Program-made: the position numbers and the translations under genes
Source of the DNA: Candidatus Marinacidobacterales bacterium
Lineage (GTDB): Bacteria > Acidobacteriota > Vicinamibacteria > Marinacidobacterales > SMYC01
NCBI GenBank assembly: GCA_965237955.1
Contig: OZ250169.1
Span: forward strand, 3,040,001-3,104,000
DNA length: 64,000 nucleotides
Direction of reading: 5' to 3'
The notes under the pieces: generated by a model
Told to the model about the DNA's origin: nothing
The model's input: the letters and a program-made list of their open reading frames with translations, nothing else
Databases searched by the model: none
Shown: piece by piece, positions 31,780 through 42,716 of the stretch
Layout: each line of letters begins with the position of its first letter
How positions within the stretch are numbered: position 1 is the stretch's first letter

Positions 31780-32356
31780 CGGGCGCTCCGGTCTTGAGTT
31801 CGTTTGTGTTTTTGGACACGACCGGAATCACCTCGGACCCCGTCCTGTGCCAAAACTCGGACAGCCACGACATCCCGTCTGGCCAAAATACTCGAACGCC
31901 CAGCGCGTCAGCAGTTTGCACCTTTCCAAAGGCTGCTTGAATCCGCCATCGTGGTCGGATACGTATTCCTTCCGGGTGCGTAGTTCGTTGCCTGCAAGCT
32001 CGCCCCGCAGCCGATTTGAGCCGGCCGTGCGCACCCCCGGTGGGCCTGTCGCCCGCCACCCGCAGCCCAGGGGTCGGAAGCCAGCCCTGCGGCGCGAAAT
32101 ACCCTGGATTCTGCGCGGATTCCAAGGGCGTCTAAGCTGCTGATTTGCGGTCTATTTCAAAAGGGCCGAGTTTTGGCTGTGCCTTCTATTTATTCATCCG
32201 CGCCGACCCGAACCTGATCGGTCTCCGATCTGCCGGGACTATGCCTGCATGATTTCGTCGTTTGTTCGCGCTCGGCCCTGGGCACGGCCGCAAACACAGA
32301 CTCTAAGTTGCTGATTTATGGTCTATTTCAAAAGGGCTGAGTTTTGGCACAGGACG
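31780..32356. mobile_element. Mosaic of ends from rve families 1, 2 and 3
   Basis: GTTTTTGGACACGAC at about 31810, CCCCGTCCTGTGCC at 31837, TGTGCCTTCTATTT at 32178, TTTTGGCACAGGACG at 32342. Confidence 0.7.
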
Positions 32357-32771
32357 CCATCGGCTCGACGGCAGCCGACCCAACGACCCTATCCTAAACT
32401 TTGTCGCATCATAACTGTTCAGCCAAGCGATCGAACGCGTCGTCAACTCAGACTGACCTAGCTTCTCGCGGCAAACAACGCGTTCTTTCTCAAGCACGTT
32501 ATTGCGTCGGTGGTCCGGCGGCGACAGTGTGCAGAATTCGAAGAAGGAGTTGACTCTGGACGACGTAGCCTAAATCAACTTAAAGGAACTGCGTGTCGGA
32601 GAATTTCTCAACTTGTAGACGCCGCGGTGCCACTCCCGCGCCCTGCGCCTCGCTTTAGGTCCGCTGGTGTCGGGCGCGCGGCGAGGTCATCGCCTACCGT
32701 CACAGTCCGCTCAAGGATTTCGAAGAACTCGATCCTCGGCCACAAGATACTCGTTGCGCAAGAGCAACTCC

Positions 32772-34119
32772 CGTCGTGTCCAAAAATACAAACGGACTCA
32801 AGACCAGCTCGCCGGGACGTTTCGGAATAGACGTATCTACGCTTGATTGGCCAATGGGAGCTAGAATCCTCGGTCATGAGCACACCGGTCCAGCCCTTGA
32901 CATTGTTGGTCGTCGCCATCGCTGGTTGGCTCCAGCGTGACCAACAGGCCGCTATGGTCTACTTGCTCGAGGAGAACAAAGTCCTCAAAGCTCGGCTTTG
33001 CGGGAGGAAGCTTCGTCTCACAGACGACGAGCGACGTCGGCTCGCGGTAAAGGGTAAGGCGCTTGGCCGGAAACTCTTGACAGAAGTCGCCGGTATCGTC
33101 ACACCGGAAACCTTGCTGGCTTGGCACCGAAGGCTCATTGCGCGGAAGTGGGACTACAGCGAGCGGCGGAAACAGCCCGGACGGCCCCGGGTCATGGTGG
33201 AGATTAGCGAGCTCGTGGTGGGGATGGCGACGTCGAATCCGAAGTGGGGGTATACACGCATTCGCGGCGCCCTCTCGAATCTCGGCTATACGGTAGCCAG
33301 GAGCACCAGCGCCAATATTCTGCGAGAACATGGCATCGAGCCCGCGCCGGAGCGAGGTGAGCGGACGCCGTGGCGCACGTTTCTCGCCGCCCATTGGGAA
33401 ACCGTTGCGGCGACCGACTTCTTCACCGTCGAGGTCGCCACAGTTCGCAGGCTCGTGACCTACTATGTGCTCGTCGTCATCGAGCTCTCTTCGCGAAAAG
33501 CGCACATTGCCGGAATCACTCCGGGGCCGGATGGCCCGTTCATGATGCAGGTCGGTCGGAATCTCACCGACCCATTCGACGGCTTTCTGCGCGGCAAGCG
33601 ATTCCTCATCCTGGACCGCGACAAGAAGTTCACCACGGAGTTTCGCGATTTGCTTGAGCACGCCGGAACGGACGTCATTCGGCTGCCGCACCGTTCGCCG
33701 AATCTGAACGCTTACGTCGAAAGGTTTGTTTTGTCGATCAAGAGCGAGTGCTTGGAGCGGATGATCTTCTTCAGTGAGCAATCGCTGCGCCGTGCCGTCG
33801 CTGAGTTCATCCATCATTATCACGGAGAGCGCAACCATCAAGGGCTCGGGAACGCGTTGCTCGAAGCGGAAGAATGCGTCGGCAGTCCTCACGAGAAGGT
33901 GCGATGTCGTAAGCGATTGGGCGGCTTGCTCAGCTATTACCACCGCGACGCCGCATAGGAGTTCGGGCGCGCCAGTTGGACGGAACGGATGGTCTGCAGG
34001 AGAGGTCTGCTCGGGGTCGCCTATCGCAGAGCCAGTACTGCGTCGGCTGGTCTCCGCGAGTTTTGAGAACGCCTCTAGGATTCGACCTTGCCGCTCCGTT
34101 CCCGTTTTCGGACAGGACG
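32772..34119 (+). mobile_element. rve-integrase element family 2
   Basis: Ends CGTCGTGTCCAAAA / TTTTCGGACAGGACG; left end recurs near 31800, 49225, 49410 and 60560. Confidence 0.75.
32876..33958 (+). CDS. Integrase-core (rve, DDE) transposase
   Basis: NPKWGY.RI, ATDFFTV, LDRD, SPNLNAYVERF, ERNHQG. Confidence 0.9.
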   Translation: MSTPVQPLTLLVVAIAGWLQRDQQAAMVYLLEENKVLKARLCGRKLRLTDDERRRLAVKGKALGRKLLTEVAGIVTPETLLAWHRRLIARKWDYSERRKQPGRPRVMVEISELVVGMATSNPKWGYTRIRGALSNLGYTVARSTSANILREHGIEPAPERGERTPWRTFLAAHWETVAATDFFTVEVATVRRLVTYYVLVVIELSSRKAHIAGITPGPDGPFMMQVGRNLTDPFDGFLRGKRFLILDRDKKFTTEFRDLLEHAGTDVIRLPHRSPNLNAYVERFVLSIKSECLERMIFFSEQSLRRAVAEFIHHYHGERNHQGLGNALLEAEECVGSPHEKVRCRKRLGGLLSYYHRDAA

Positions 34120-34607
34120 CCAGCGCATGGTCGTGGCGGCGAGGTTCCAGCGGCTAGTCATTAGCCAGGGCAACCAAAACGGACACCAAGTCGTCGTCGA
34201 ACGACGTCCTGTGCGGTGCCCACCCTCCGTGTCAACATCCCTCCGACGCGAAGGCCATACCGTGAATCCGAAGCGGGTCTACCGACTGTACCCGTGAGGT
34301 CAAAATACTCATCGTGGTGATGGTAGACGACGTACTCCCTAAGCGCATTGTGGATTCGAGCGGTCGTTGGAAAGGTGCAAACTACTGACCCGCTGGGCGT
34401 TCGAGTATTTTTACCAGACGGGAACGGATACCCTGGAGGAGAGCTCTGCTCGGGCTCGCCTTTCGAAGACCCTGTGCCACGTCGGCGGGTCTCCGTGAAT
34501 TTCGGCAACCTCTCCAGGATTCTAGATTTCGGCTCCGTTCGCATTTTCGGACACGACGCCTTGTCAGCACCGAATTGCTGAGCTACGACGTCGTACTAAC
34601 CGTGGCG

Positions 34608-35783
34608 TCAAGTCAATTGCTTGACTCGGACGACTGACGGCGGGTCAAGTACAAGCAGAGGATTTGGTTTGTTGTCCCAGTGGTCAGGGTCCAGATCTCT
34701 TTGGGACGCGAAGATTACGATTGATCGCCCATCCGCACAATGAGCGCTTGGGTAGACGATTCCGTCGATGTCGAAACTGCCATTGGCCAAGGACCGATGG
34801 CGGAAGTACTCTGTGAGGATCTGTGTCGGAACGTATTCGATGTGTTCTCTCCCGTCGTGTTCGACGGGCTGTGTAATGGCCCGCACGAACTCGCGAAGAA
34901 ACATCAAAGGATCTCTCTCGTCGCGAGGTATAGCAAAAATGCTGGGAACAGAGGGAAGCTTTGTCAGGTCCAGCACATAGAGTTCTCGCGTGTTAGTCCA
35001 TTCGGCGCAGGTCAGAATGTGCTCGCCAGCCGGGAGGTTTGCTGAGACCTCGGCTCGCGCCGTAGCCATGTCGAACGCAGCGTAGAACATGCTGATGCCG
35101 GCAGCGCTCATGCGGTTTGCAATAGCTTCGCTATCCGGCGGGGAGCCGAGAGACTGCCATGTGTTGCAGATTTCAGCTCGGCTGTGCGGGCGGACTCGAA
35201 AAAACCGCGTGGCCACTGGCAGCATTCCTACTAGATTGACCCTCGAAATGATGTCTCGGAGTTCGTCCAGCATTCGCGGAACGGGAATTGTTTCGGGGAA
35301 GTCTTCCTCTTGCTCCGTGGTGTCGAAGAAGTAACGAATCTTGTGTTTTACGGTGTTGCAGAAATCAGTCCAGCTAGCTGTGTAGCGGTCTACTCCGTTC
35401 AGGCGGTACATGTCCAGCTCGCACCACGTCTCATCTCCGATCGATTCGATAATTGCTTCGTTGACAGCCTCGCGGTGGCTCAGCTCGTCGAGGCGATAAG
35501 AGATCAATTCCGAGGTGTCCAATGTGTCACCTAAATAGCCCCCTTCCTCAGAGTCCCACCCGGCTTCGTTTACAGCGTGGTCGTAGTATTGAAAGATCGT
35601 GTCCTTGATGATCTCCATGAAAGTGTCGAATGGCACGCTGTGTCGCCCACGACGGTGACAGAAGGTGCATGGCGAAACGCTTGCTGCACGTTGAATTTGC
35701 TGTTTTAGATAGGGGTCGGAAACGCATTGCGAGCAGATCAGCTGTTCCGAAAAATGCCAGTCCTCTGCTTTGGAAATAGACAT
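34608..35783 (-). CDS. RES-domain protein with HEPN/RES-type N-terminal Zn-binding domain
   Basis: CSQC..D, CTFC; FRVR, SPP....NRMS.AGISMFY, A.AE, EYVPTQ..TEY, DGIVYPS. Confidence 0.8.
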   Translation of the reverse strand: MSISKAEDWHFSEQLICSQCVSDPYLKQQIQRAASVSPCTFCHRRGRHSVPFDTFMEIIKDTIFQYYDHAVNEAGWDSEEGGYLGDTLDTSELISYRLDELSHREAVNEAIIESIGDETWCELDMYRLNGVDRYTASWTDFCNTVKHKIRYFFDTTEQEEDFPETIPVPRMLDELRDIISRVNLVGMLPVATRFFRVRPHSRAEICNTWQSLGSPPDSEAIANRMSAAGISMFYAAFDMATARAEVSANLPAGEHILTCAEWTNTRELYVLDLTKLPSVPSIFAIPRDERDPLMFLREFVRAITQPVEHDGREHIEYVPTQILTEYFRHRSLANGSFDIDGIVYPSAHCADGRSIVIFASQRDLDPDHWDNKPNPLLVLDPPSVVRVKQLT

Positions 35784-35799
35784 GTTATTAATTCATTGA

Positions 35800-36445
35800 G
35801 GTAAACCCCCGGCTCTGCCGGGGTGACTCCCAGAGGTTTGACCGTGTAAGGAAGTAGGAAAGAAAGTCCTCCTTGGAAAGCGCGAACTTCCAAACAAGGA
35901 GGACTACCAAGGTGAAAGAATACAAGAGCCTATCCCACACGGACGATGGGACTGCAAATATCACGTTGTGTTCATCCCGAAGTACCGAAGGAAGAAGATG
36001 TATGGTGCAATCAGAACGCATCTGGGAAAGATTCTCCACGAGCTGGCGAAACAAAAAGAGGCCCGGATTCTGGAGGGCCACTTGATGTCGGACCACGTCC
36101 ACATGTGCATCAGCATCCCACCGAAGTTTGCGGTGTCGAACGAGGTGGGGTTCATCAAAGGCAAGAGTGCGATCTCGGTGGCACGGAACTTCCGCGGACG
36201 CAGACGCAACTTCACCGGCGAAAGCTTCTGGGCACGCGGTTACTTCGTGTCGACCGTAGGCTTGGACGAAGAGATGGTCTGCAAGTACATTCGTGACCAA
36301 GAGCAGGAGGACCAACGTCTGGACCAGCTAAATATGGACTGGTCGGGCTCGTAGTTGGGGAGCAAGATCGCCCCCTTTAGGGGGCTCATGAACAGCCCCT
36401 TCGAGGGGCTCTTATGAATAGGCCCCCGGCTTTGCCGGGGGTCAC
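35800..36445 (+). mobile_element. IS200-like element
   Basis: Sub-terminal hairpins CCCCGGC-TCT-GCCGGGG (35807) and CCCCCGGC-TTT-GCCGGGGG (36423). Confidence 0.85.
35912..36354 (+). pseudogene. tnpA: IS200/IS605 Y1 transposase, frameshift near 35942
   Basis: SLSH../WDCKYHVVFIPKYR, DHVH (HUH), KGKS, FWARGYFVSTVG, YI..Q. Confidence 0.85.
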
Positions 36446-36451
36446 TTTAAC

Positions 36452-37282
36452 TTAATTAGAGTGGTAAGGCATAACGGATTGCCTTGCGCACGCGGTCCGT
36501 TGGGATGGCGTCTTCGGTGGCAATCTCCTCATAGGTTTTGCCTGCTTTGATTCGGTCGAGCCAGGAGAGAGCGTTTGGCAGTGGAGGTGTCCGCGACGGA
36601 ACGGCAACCCGCCTGTCCGGGTTCCATCCGCGGCGAAGCGTCGCTTGGTGCGCAGTCTCAGACGGTCCGCCTCGGCCTTCACCTGCCGGAGCGTTCCGTG
36701 CTTCCGGTACAGCGCATAGAGCGTCCGGACCGTTTCGGCCTCAGCCTCGTTGATGCGCAGCGTGCGCTCGTCCTTCTCATAGCCGAGCGGTACGCCGCCG
36801 CCTATCCATAGTCCCTTGCGCTTGGAGGCAGCGACCTTATCGCGGATCCGCTCGGCCGTGACCTCGCGTTCGAATTGTGCGAAGGACAGCAGCATATGCA
36901 GCGTCAGTCGTCCCATGCTGGTCGCGGTGTTGAAGGACTGAGTCACCGAGACGAAAACCGCGCCGGCCGCCTCGAGCCGTTCGACGAGCTTTGCAAAGTC
37001 GGAGAGGGAACGGGTCAGCCGGTCGACCTTGTAGAGCACGATCTGCTCGACGAGACCGGCGTCGATGTCGGCGAGCAAGCGCTGCAGGCCCGGGCGCTCC
37101 AGGGTTCCTCCCGAGAGCCCCGCGTCCTCGTAGACAGTCGGCAGCAGCACCCAGCCCTCCGCTTTCTGGCTCGCGACATACGCGGCGCAGGCTTCTCGCT
37201 GCGCATCGAGGGAGTTGAACTCCTGCTCGAGACCCTCTTCCGCGCTCTTTCGCGTATAGATGGCACAGCGGATTTTCTTCAT
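36452..37282 (-). pseudogene. Large serine recombinase, 3'-truncated
   Basis: CAIYTRKS, NSLDAQ, SGG..ERP, DRLTRS, FAQFERE; recombinase domain stops early. Confidence 0.8.
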
Positions 37283-37283
37283 G

Positions 37284-37715
37284 TTAGGCCTTGCGCTTGG
37301 GCGTCAGACCGAAAAAGCGTGGTCCTGACCAGTGGGTGCCGGTGATTCGCTTTGTGATGGCGGTGAGGGACGGATAGGTTTTGCCGTCGAACCGATAGCC
37401 GTTGTCGACTACCTCGACCTGGTAGGTCCGGCCATTCCACTCGCGGACGAGATGGGTGCCGGCAGAAACGGACCCTGCGGGAGCGGCGTTGCCTGGTGTC
37501 TCGTTCGCCATAGCGGCCAGAGCGCGCCGGGTTGCGGCCGAAAGCCCGCCATGGGTCCGGCACTGGCGTTCGTGCAAGAGAACGCGGCGCATGAAGATAC
37601 GCGAGAGCGAGCTTGGCGGAGCTGCCCCAAAGGTCTGCTCCCAGACCCGCCGCAAGCTGGCGAAGTCCAAACCGTCCAGAACGACGTTCCGCCCAACCCC
37701 TGTATCCTGCGGCAT
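37284..37715 (-). CDS. DUF2924 family protein
   Basis: GT.LVREWNG..YQVEV...GY.FDGK.Y.SL..I...ITGT.WSGPRFFGL; usual partner upstream of a serine recombinase. Confidence 0.85.
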   Translation of the reverse strand: MPQDTGVGRNVVLDGLDFASLRRVWEQTFGAAPPSSLSRIFMRRVLLHERQCRTHGGLSAATRRALAAMANETPGNAAPAGSVSAGTHLVREWNGRTYQVEVVDNGYRFDGKTYPSLTAITKRITGTHWSGPRFFGLTPKRKA

Positions 37716-37843
37716 CACCGAACGTTCGCTCTTGTGCTCGGTAAAGTCCAGTCTAATCAGAGACTTCCGGGTGCGCAGTTCACTGCCCGTAGCTCGCCCC
37801 GCAGCCGATTTGAGCCAGCCGTGCGCACCACCGGTGGGCCTGT

Positions 37844-38728
37844 TGCGTATTCCAGCCATCGTGAACGCCGAATCCAGAGCAAGCTGAACAGCGAATCCGG
37901 TGAAGCCGAACGCTCATCGAAGCGATGAAGTGTTGGGTGACCTCCTTTCCACTGATTGAAAACGTGAACCTATCTTACCTGCGTGTTGTGTAGCAAGGGG
38001 CGGCAGGTCGGTGCCGGAGGGAGCGGGCGTAAGGAAAGACGCGAAGCGACCTTCCCGCTCCCGTAGGCAGCGACCTGCCGCGGCCGAACCCCGGGCGATG
38101 TGGGGCTGGTTTCGGGGGGTTGCTGGGGTATGGCCTGGCTCGAGAAGACGCTTCCTGAGGCATTCTCGCGCGTCGTTTTGGCGCCGCATCGTCTGGTACC
38201 CCGGGTTTGGCGGTTTCACCCGTTTTTATCGCATCGACGCTGTGGTCCCTCGCTCGCTCATGCATCGGCGTTGTCAAATGCCTTTGGCGCAGCCTTGGTC
38301 TTTCTCAGAGAAGCTCCTTTGAGAGTGATGCGGTGCGCGCTGTGGAGAATGCGATCGCAGATAGCGTCTGCCTGGTTTGGGTCGCCAATCGCTTCGTGCC
38401 ACTGCTTGAGCGGAATCTGGGTCGCGATGAATGTGGAGCCACGCTCGGCGCGGTCTTCGATGACCTCCATTAGATCCCGTCTCTCCGATTCTTTCAGCGG
38501 GTGAAGCAGCCAATCATCGATAGCCAGTAAGTCCAGCTTGGCGAGTTTCGTCAAAAGCCGGGCGTAGGAACCATCACCACGAGCGACCGCGAGCTCGTGG
38601 AGCAAGCGCGGTGCTCGCACGTAGCATCCGGTGAAGCCGCGACGACAGGCCCGCTCCACGAAGGCGCAAGCCAAGAACGATTTGCCAATCCCCGTCGGGC
38701 CGGTGATGAGCAGGTTATGGCGCTCACC
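37844..38728 (-). mobile_element. istB: IS21-family remnant: istB 3' part and terminal repeats
   Basis: GPTGIGKS, LAIDDW, W...IGD...ADAI.DR; end TGCGTATTCC..GTGAACGCCGAATCC..CTGAACAGCGAATCC. Confidence 0.8.
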
Positions 38729-39812
38729 GGCGTTGTTGCACCGCTCTGGCTGAGAGCGAAATCCGCCTATGGTGGTGGCCGAGGTATGTTCGAGCATGAA
38801 GTATCCCAAGCGCTGCCAGTACAAGCACGCGAAGCAGAAGAAGTACCACGTTCGCAACTGGGCGGAATACAACGAAGGGCTGCGCCGCCGGGGCGATTTG
38901 ACAGTCTGGTTTGACGAGGAGGCAATCGCGAACTGGAAGGCCGACAAGACCGGTAAGCCTGGCGGTCAACGGGTCTATTCAGACATGGCGATTGAAACGG
39001 GCCTGGTTGTCCGGATGGTGTACAAGCTCGCCTACCGACAAACCGAAGGCTTCTTGCACTCGATCGCCTCGCTTCTCGGGCTCGGTATCGAGATCCCGGA
39101 CTACTCGACGTTGTGTCGGCGCTCGAGGTTGCTCCGCAAGAAGCTGCGGATTCCGAAAGCCGCGAGCACTCAACCCATCCACCTGATGATCGATAGCACG
39201 GGCTTGAGGATTCATGTTGGAAACGCTCGCAAACCGCCAAAGCAGCGCGCATGGCGCAAGTTGCACATCGCCGTTGATCGCGAGACAGGGAACATTGTTG
39301 CGTCCGAACTGACGGCGTCACGAGCTCGCGACGCAACCCGAGTCCCCGCTTTGCTAACACAGATTCAAGCACCTCTAGTGTCGGTGGCGGCGGACAGTGC
39401 ATACGACAAGGAAGCGGTCTACGAAGCCATCGAAGCGCACAGTCCTGGACGAAGGACGCGCGTGGTGATTCCGCCACAACGAAACGCGACGCTCAGTCAG
39501 AATTCGAACACCGCCATGCAGGAGCGCGATCGCCATATTCGTGCAATCGAAAGACACGGCCGACGTGAATGGTACAAGCTCTCAGGCTACACCAAGCGAA
39601 GCATGGTGGAGAACGCGGTCTATCGTTACAAGGCGATCATCGGGCCGGAGATGCGGGCTCGAACGTTGGCGAGGCAACGAATTGAACACCGAATTGGGTG
39701 CGAGATACTCAACAAGATGGCTGCGCTCGGGATGCCCGATACGTACTGCGCCGGGTGACTCTGCAACCGGCACAGGGAGGTCAGCGATTTGCTCCGGCCG
39801 TGCAACAACGCC
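38729..39812 (+). mobile_element. IS5-family (IS903-like) element, copy 1
   Basis: 13-bp TIR GGCGTTGTTGCAC; transposase Y.V.NW.EYN..L..RG, IDSTG, WRKLH, AD.AYD, Y.KRS.VE. Confidence 0.9.
38796..39758 (+). CDS. IS5-family DDE transposase
   Basis: Motifs as above. Confidence 0.9.
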   Translation: MKYPKRCQYKHAKQKKYHVRNWAEYNEGLRRRGDLTVWFDEEAIANWKADKTGKPGGQRVYSDMAIETGLVVRMVYKLAYRQTEGFLHSIASLLGLGIEIPDYSTLCRRSRLLRKKLRIPKAASTQPIHLMIDSTGLRIHVGNARKPPKQRAWRKLHIAVDRETGNIVASELTASRARDATRVPALLTQIQAPLVSVAADSAYDKEAVYEAIEAHSPGRRTRVVIPPQRNATLSQNSNTAMQERDRHIRAIERHGRREWYKLSGYTKRSMVENAVYRYKAIIGPEMRARTLARQRIEHRIGCEILNKMAALGMPDTYCAG

Positions 39813-40435
39813 GGTGAGCATGGCCAGTCCTCAAAACACGAAACAAAAATTCAGCTACCCGCCGTTGACTGGGCAGTAGCATGCCAACGAGTAGGCCGGT
39901 TCAGACCGAGTCAAATACTCGCAGCGTTGATTCGTGAGAGTGCGAGTTGGCAACAAGTCGGAAACGACGACAACGAGTTCAACGCAGGGTATAACGAAGA
40001 CTCACTGGTTTCCTCGCTCGACTCGTTAACTGCCACAACGGCGGGTCTTAGCCTGGGAAGCGAGGAAAAGATTCTGGCTCGAATAGTCGCATGCGCCGCC
40101 GCTGTTGGTGCAGTGGCTACTGTAGCTATCGCAATCGCTGCTTGGCTGTCACCCCCCTATCGTGCTACACGGCCAGGACAGGCCCTCGACCCACAGCAGA
40201 AAGGATGGGTGTGCCAGCTCCTGGGCTAGTGGACTGCCCTTGATAAACGTTTTTCGTTCGGCGGTTGTATTCCATATACATGCCCTTTGAAGGACGGCCG
40301 TTTCATCTTACCACCGGACAGCGTGATGACCTTGAGGAGATCGCCCCTTCGCACGGGTGGGGCCTGCGACAATTTGTGATCCGCAAAAAAGGAGATCGCG
40401 TATCAACAGGCAGACCGCCATGAGAGGGAAGTCCT

Positions 40436-40601
40436 GGTGCTTGCGCCATTTACTGTTGGTGATGTGTGCGCATCCCTTTGCAAAAGAGGCGCTTACGCTC
40501 CATTTAGCGCGCAGCGAAGGTCGCGAGCGCTATTTTGGCTGTAATTTAATGCACCATATAGTCTTAGCGTCATCTCACCAACACTTGATGGCGGAAGCAC
40601 C
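40436..40601. mobile_element. 166-bp MITE-B with IS1-type TIRs
   Basis: GGTGCTTGCGCCATTTACTGTTGG ... CCAACACTTGATGGCGGAAGCACC; second full copy at 60835-61000. Confidence 0.8.
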
Positions 40602-40724
40602 CGATGACGGATTCTCTCGATCGGTTTCTCGATGCTCGGCTCGCTCCGTCTCGTATGGGCAAGAATTCATCCTCGATCTGGCACTGTATCCGGAGTTGAT
40701 CGCACCTATGTGATAATGAGAAGG

Positions 40725-41274
40725 ATGATGCACATGGTGATAGACACAAGCGTATACAGGACCGATCCGAAGCGGAGCAGGGCAGGATTCCATGCGATCA
40801 CGCGTCTGGCCGTGGCCCAACGAATCCGAAACCATCTTCCCTATTATGTTCGTCAGGAAGTCCTGACGCAGCAAGCGGAACGTCTGTCGAAGGAATTCAA
40901 CAAAGCGATCAAATCATTAGAATCAGTTAAGAGGATAAGCGCGCGGAAGTCGACTGCTGACGTCATAAACCGAACGCTAGGTCAAATCAAGAAGCTAGCC
41001 AATGACGCGGCCGCAACTGCGTGCGAGGAACTAGACTCTTGGATTGAGAACACGCAGACGTTGAAGTACGAGTTCGATGAGCCATGGCAAGCGCGTCACG
41101 GATGCATACTTTGCAGGCGGAGAACCATTCAGTAGTCCGAAGCACAGGATGGATTTTCCAGACGCGTTCATCTACGAGTCGGTCAAGGATATTGCCGCTA
41201 AGCGTGGAACACTGCACGTGATTGTGGCTGCGGAACGTGTCAACAACTTTGAGACACCCGCGGACTGCATTTAG
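40725..41274 (+). pseudogene. PIN-like domain protein fragment (frameshifted, truncated)
   Basis: MVIDTSVY, LP..VRQE, YF.G..PF...K.R.DFPDAFI. Confidence 0.6.
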
Positions 41275-41967
41275 TGAGCCTCAATCAATGCAGTAAGACT
41301 CGTGGGCCCGGGGCGGTCACCGTCTGCGTGCGGCGAGATCTGGTCGCGTTGGCCTGAATCCGGGGGTACCCCAGGTGTGGACCACCTCGAGAAAGTGGCT
41401 CCGGCGGCCTCCTGGCGCGTCGTTTTCTCCGGCGGCGGGTTGATCCAGGCCTAAGGAGGCAAAACGGGGGGCTGTGGCATTCCGCGAACGAAGCGTTCGG
41501 GATGAGCCCGATGAGCTTCGAGGAGGATTTGGCGCCGGGCAGTGGTGAGCTGTTCCGCGAGACCATCGTGAACGGCGGCCGGTGTCATGAGGCCGATTCC
41601 CGCGTGCCGGCGTTCGTGATTGTAGTAGTCGAGGAAGCCGCCGCAGAACAGCCGGCCGTCTTCGATGGAACCAAAACGGCTCGGAAACTGAGGGCAATAC
41701 TTCAGAGTCTTGAACTGGGACTCGGAGTAGGGGTTATCGTTCGAGACGTAAGGTCTGGAGTGGGTGTGCCTTCTATTTATTCATCCGCGCGCCCCGAACC
41801 TGATCGGTCTCCGATCTGCCGGGACTATGCCTGCATGATTTCGTCGTTTGTTCGCGCTCGGCCCTGGGCACGGCCGCAAACACAGACTCTAAGTTGCTGA
41901 TTTATGGGCTACTTCAAAAGGGCTGAGTTTTGGCACAGGACGGGATCGATTTTTTGCGAAGCACAGC

Positions 41968-42705
41968 CTATCGTCGTGCTGCCTCTGCTGCTATGTGGCC
42001 TGCCAGTACGCTCGCAAAAGTCTGCAAACCCGTCATCTCGCTCAACTCTGAATATTTGCCGGTATTGGCCGCAGAGCGCGGGGAAACAATGAGCGACGCG
42101 GCAGTATAGAGCTGTTCCTGCACAAGCTTGCGGCACAAAATGTTGTAGCGCTCTGCGTACGATGCCCCTTTAAACTCCGGGAACACTGGGAAATGAGGCG
42201 ATACATCACGGACCGGCGACCGAGATTGCTCAGCATCTTCCATTAGCATCATCCAGCCGACGAACGGCCGGGATTGCTCGCCGAAAGCACCTTCCCGGTA
42301 AGCGGTCCAAAGATCGAGCGCGGTACCGATGGCCTCTTCGGTCCGGTTATTGCAATTGTTACCGAATGACGGCCCTACTTGGCTCTTGAACTCCAGGGCA
42401 GCAATAAGGCGGCCGTCGTTGACAACAAGCAAATCCCAAAGCTTGGTCGGACGAAAATAGCCTGGTAGCGTGACAACGCGGCGTTTCCTGTGAATGTCGG
42501 CATGGTCCAGACCGTTCGTGCGAACGATATCCATGACAAGAGCAACGAACCCGTCCATGTTTTTGCCAGCTGTCACGCCGGCACGCTCTCCCTGGTCAAC
42601 ATTTCCGGACCCGATTTGCTTTTGCCGCGCCTGCTCGCGGCTGATCCAGAAGGCCTGAACCGCCTTGCACGCCTTCTGTTCGTAATTTGAGAGGTCGATG
42701 GCCAT
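41968..42705 (-). CDS. Type II restriction endonuclease, PaeR7I/XhoI family
   Basis: [45 protein letters not shown]. Confidence 0.88.
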   Translation of the reverse strand: MAIDLSNYEQKACKAVQAFWISREQARQKQIGSGNVDQGERAGVTAGKNMDGFVALVMDIVRTNGLDHADIHRKRRVVTLPGYFRPTKLWDLLVVNDGRLIAALEFKSQVGPSFGNNCNNRTEEAIGTALDLWTAYREGAFGEQSRPFVGWMMLMEDAEQSRSPVRDVSPHFPVFPEFKGASYAERYNILCRKLVQEQLYTAASLIVSPRSAANTGKYSELSEMTGLQTFASVLAGHIAAEAARR

Positions 42706-42716
42706 GCGATTCCTTC

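Noticed and set aside
32861-33943. Long antisense ORFs (also 916-1869, 46284-47636, 53159-54076, 56204-57142)
   Set aside because: Shadow frames of clear genes on the opposite strand in GC-rich DNA.
35800-36445. TnpB/IscB RNA-guided nuclease locus
   Set aside because: Only tnpA lies between the two hairpins; no room for an accessory gene.
39789-40229. 146-aa ORF with a hydrophobic tail
   Set aside because: Starts inside the IS5 end and has no recognisable motif; cannot be called.
41320-41765. Possible gene or IS fragment
   Set aside because: Looks like mobile-element debris but I could not assign a family or a credible reading frame.
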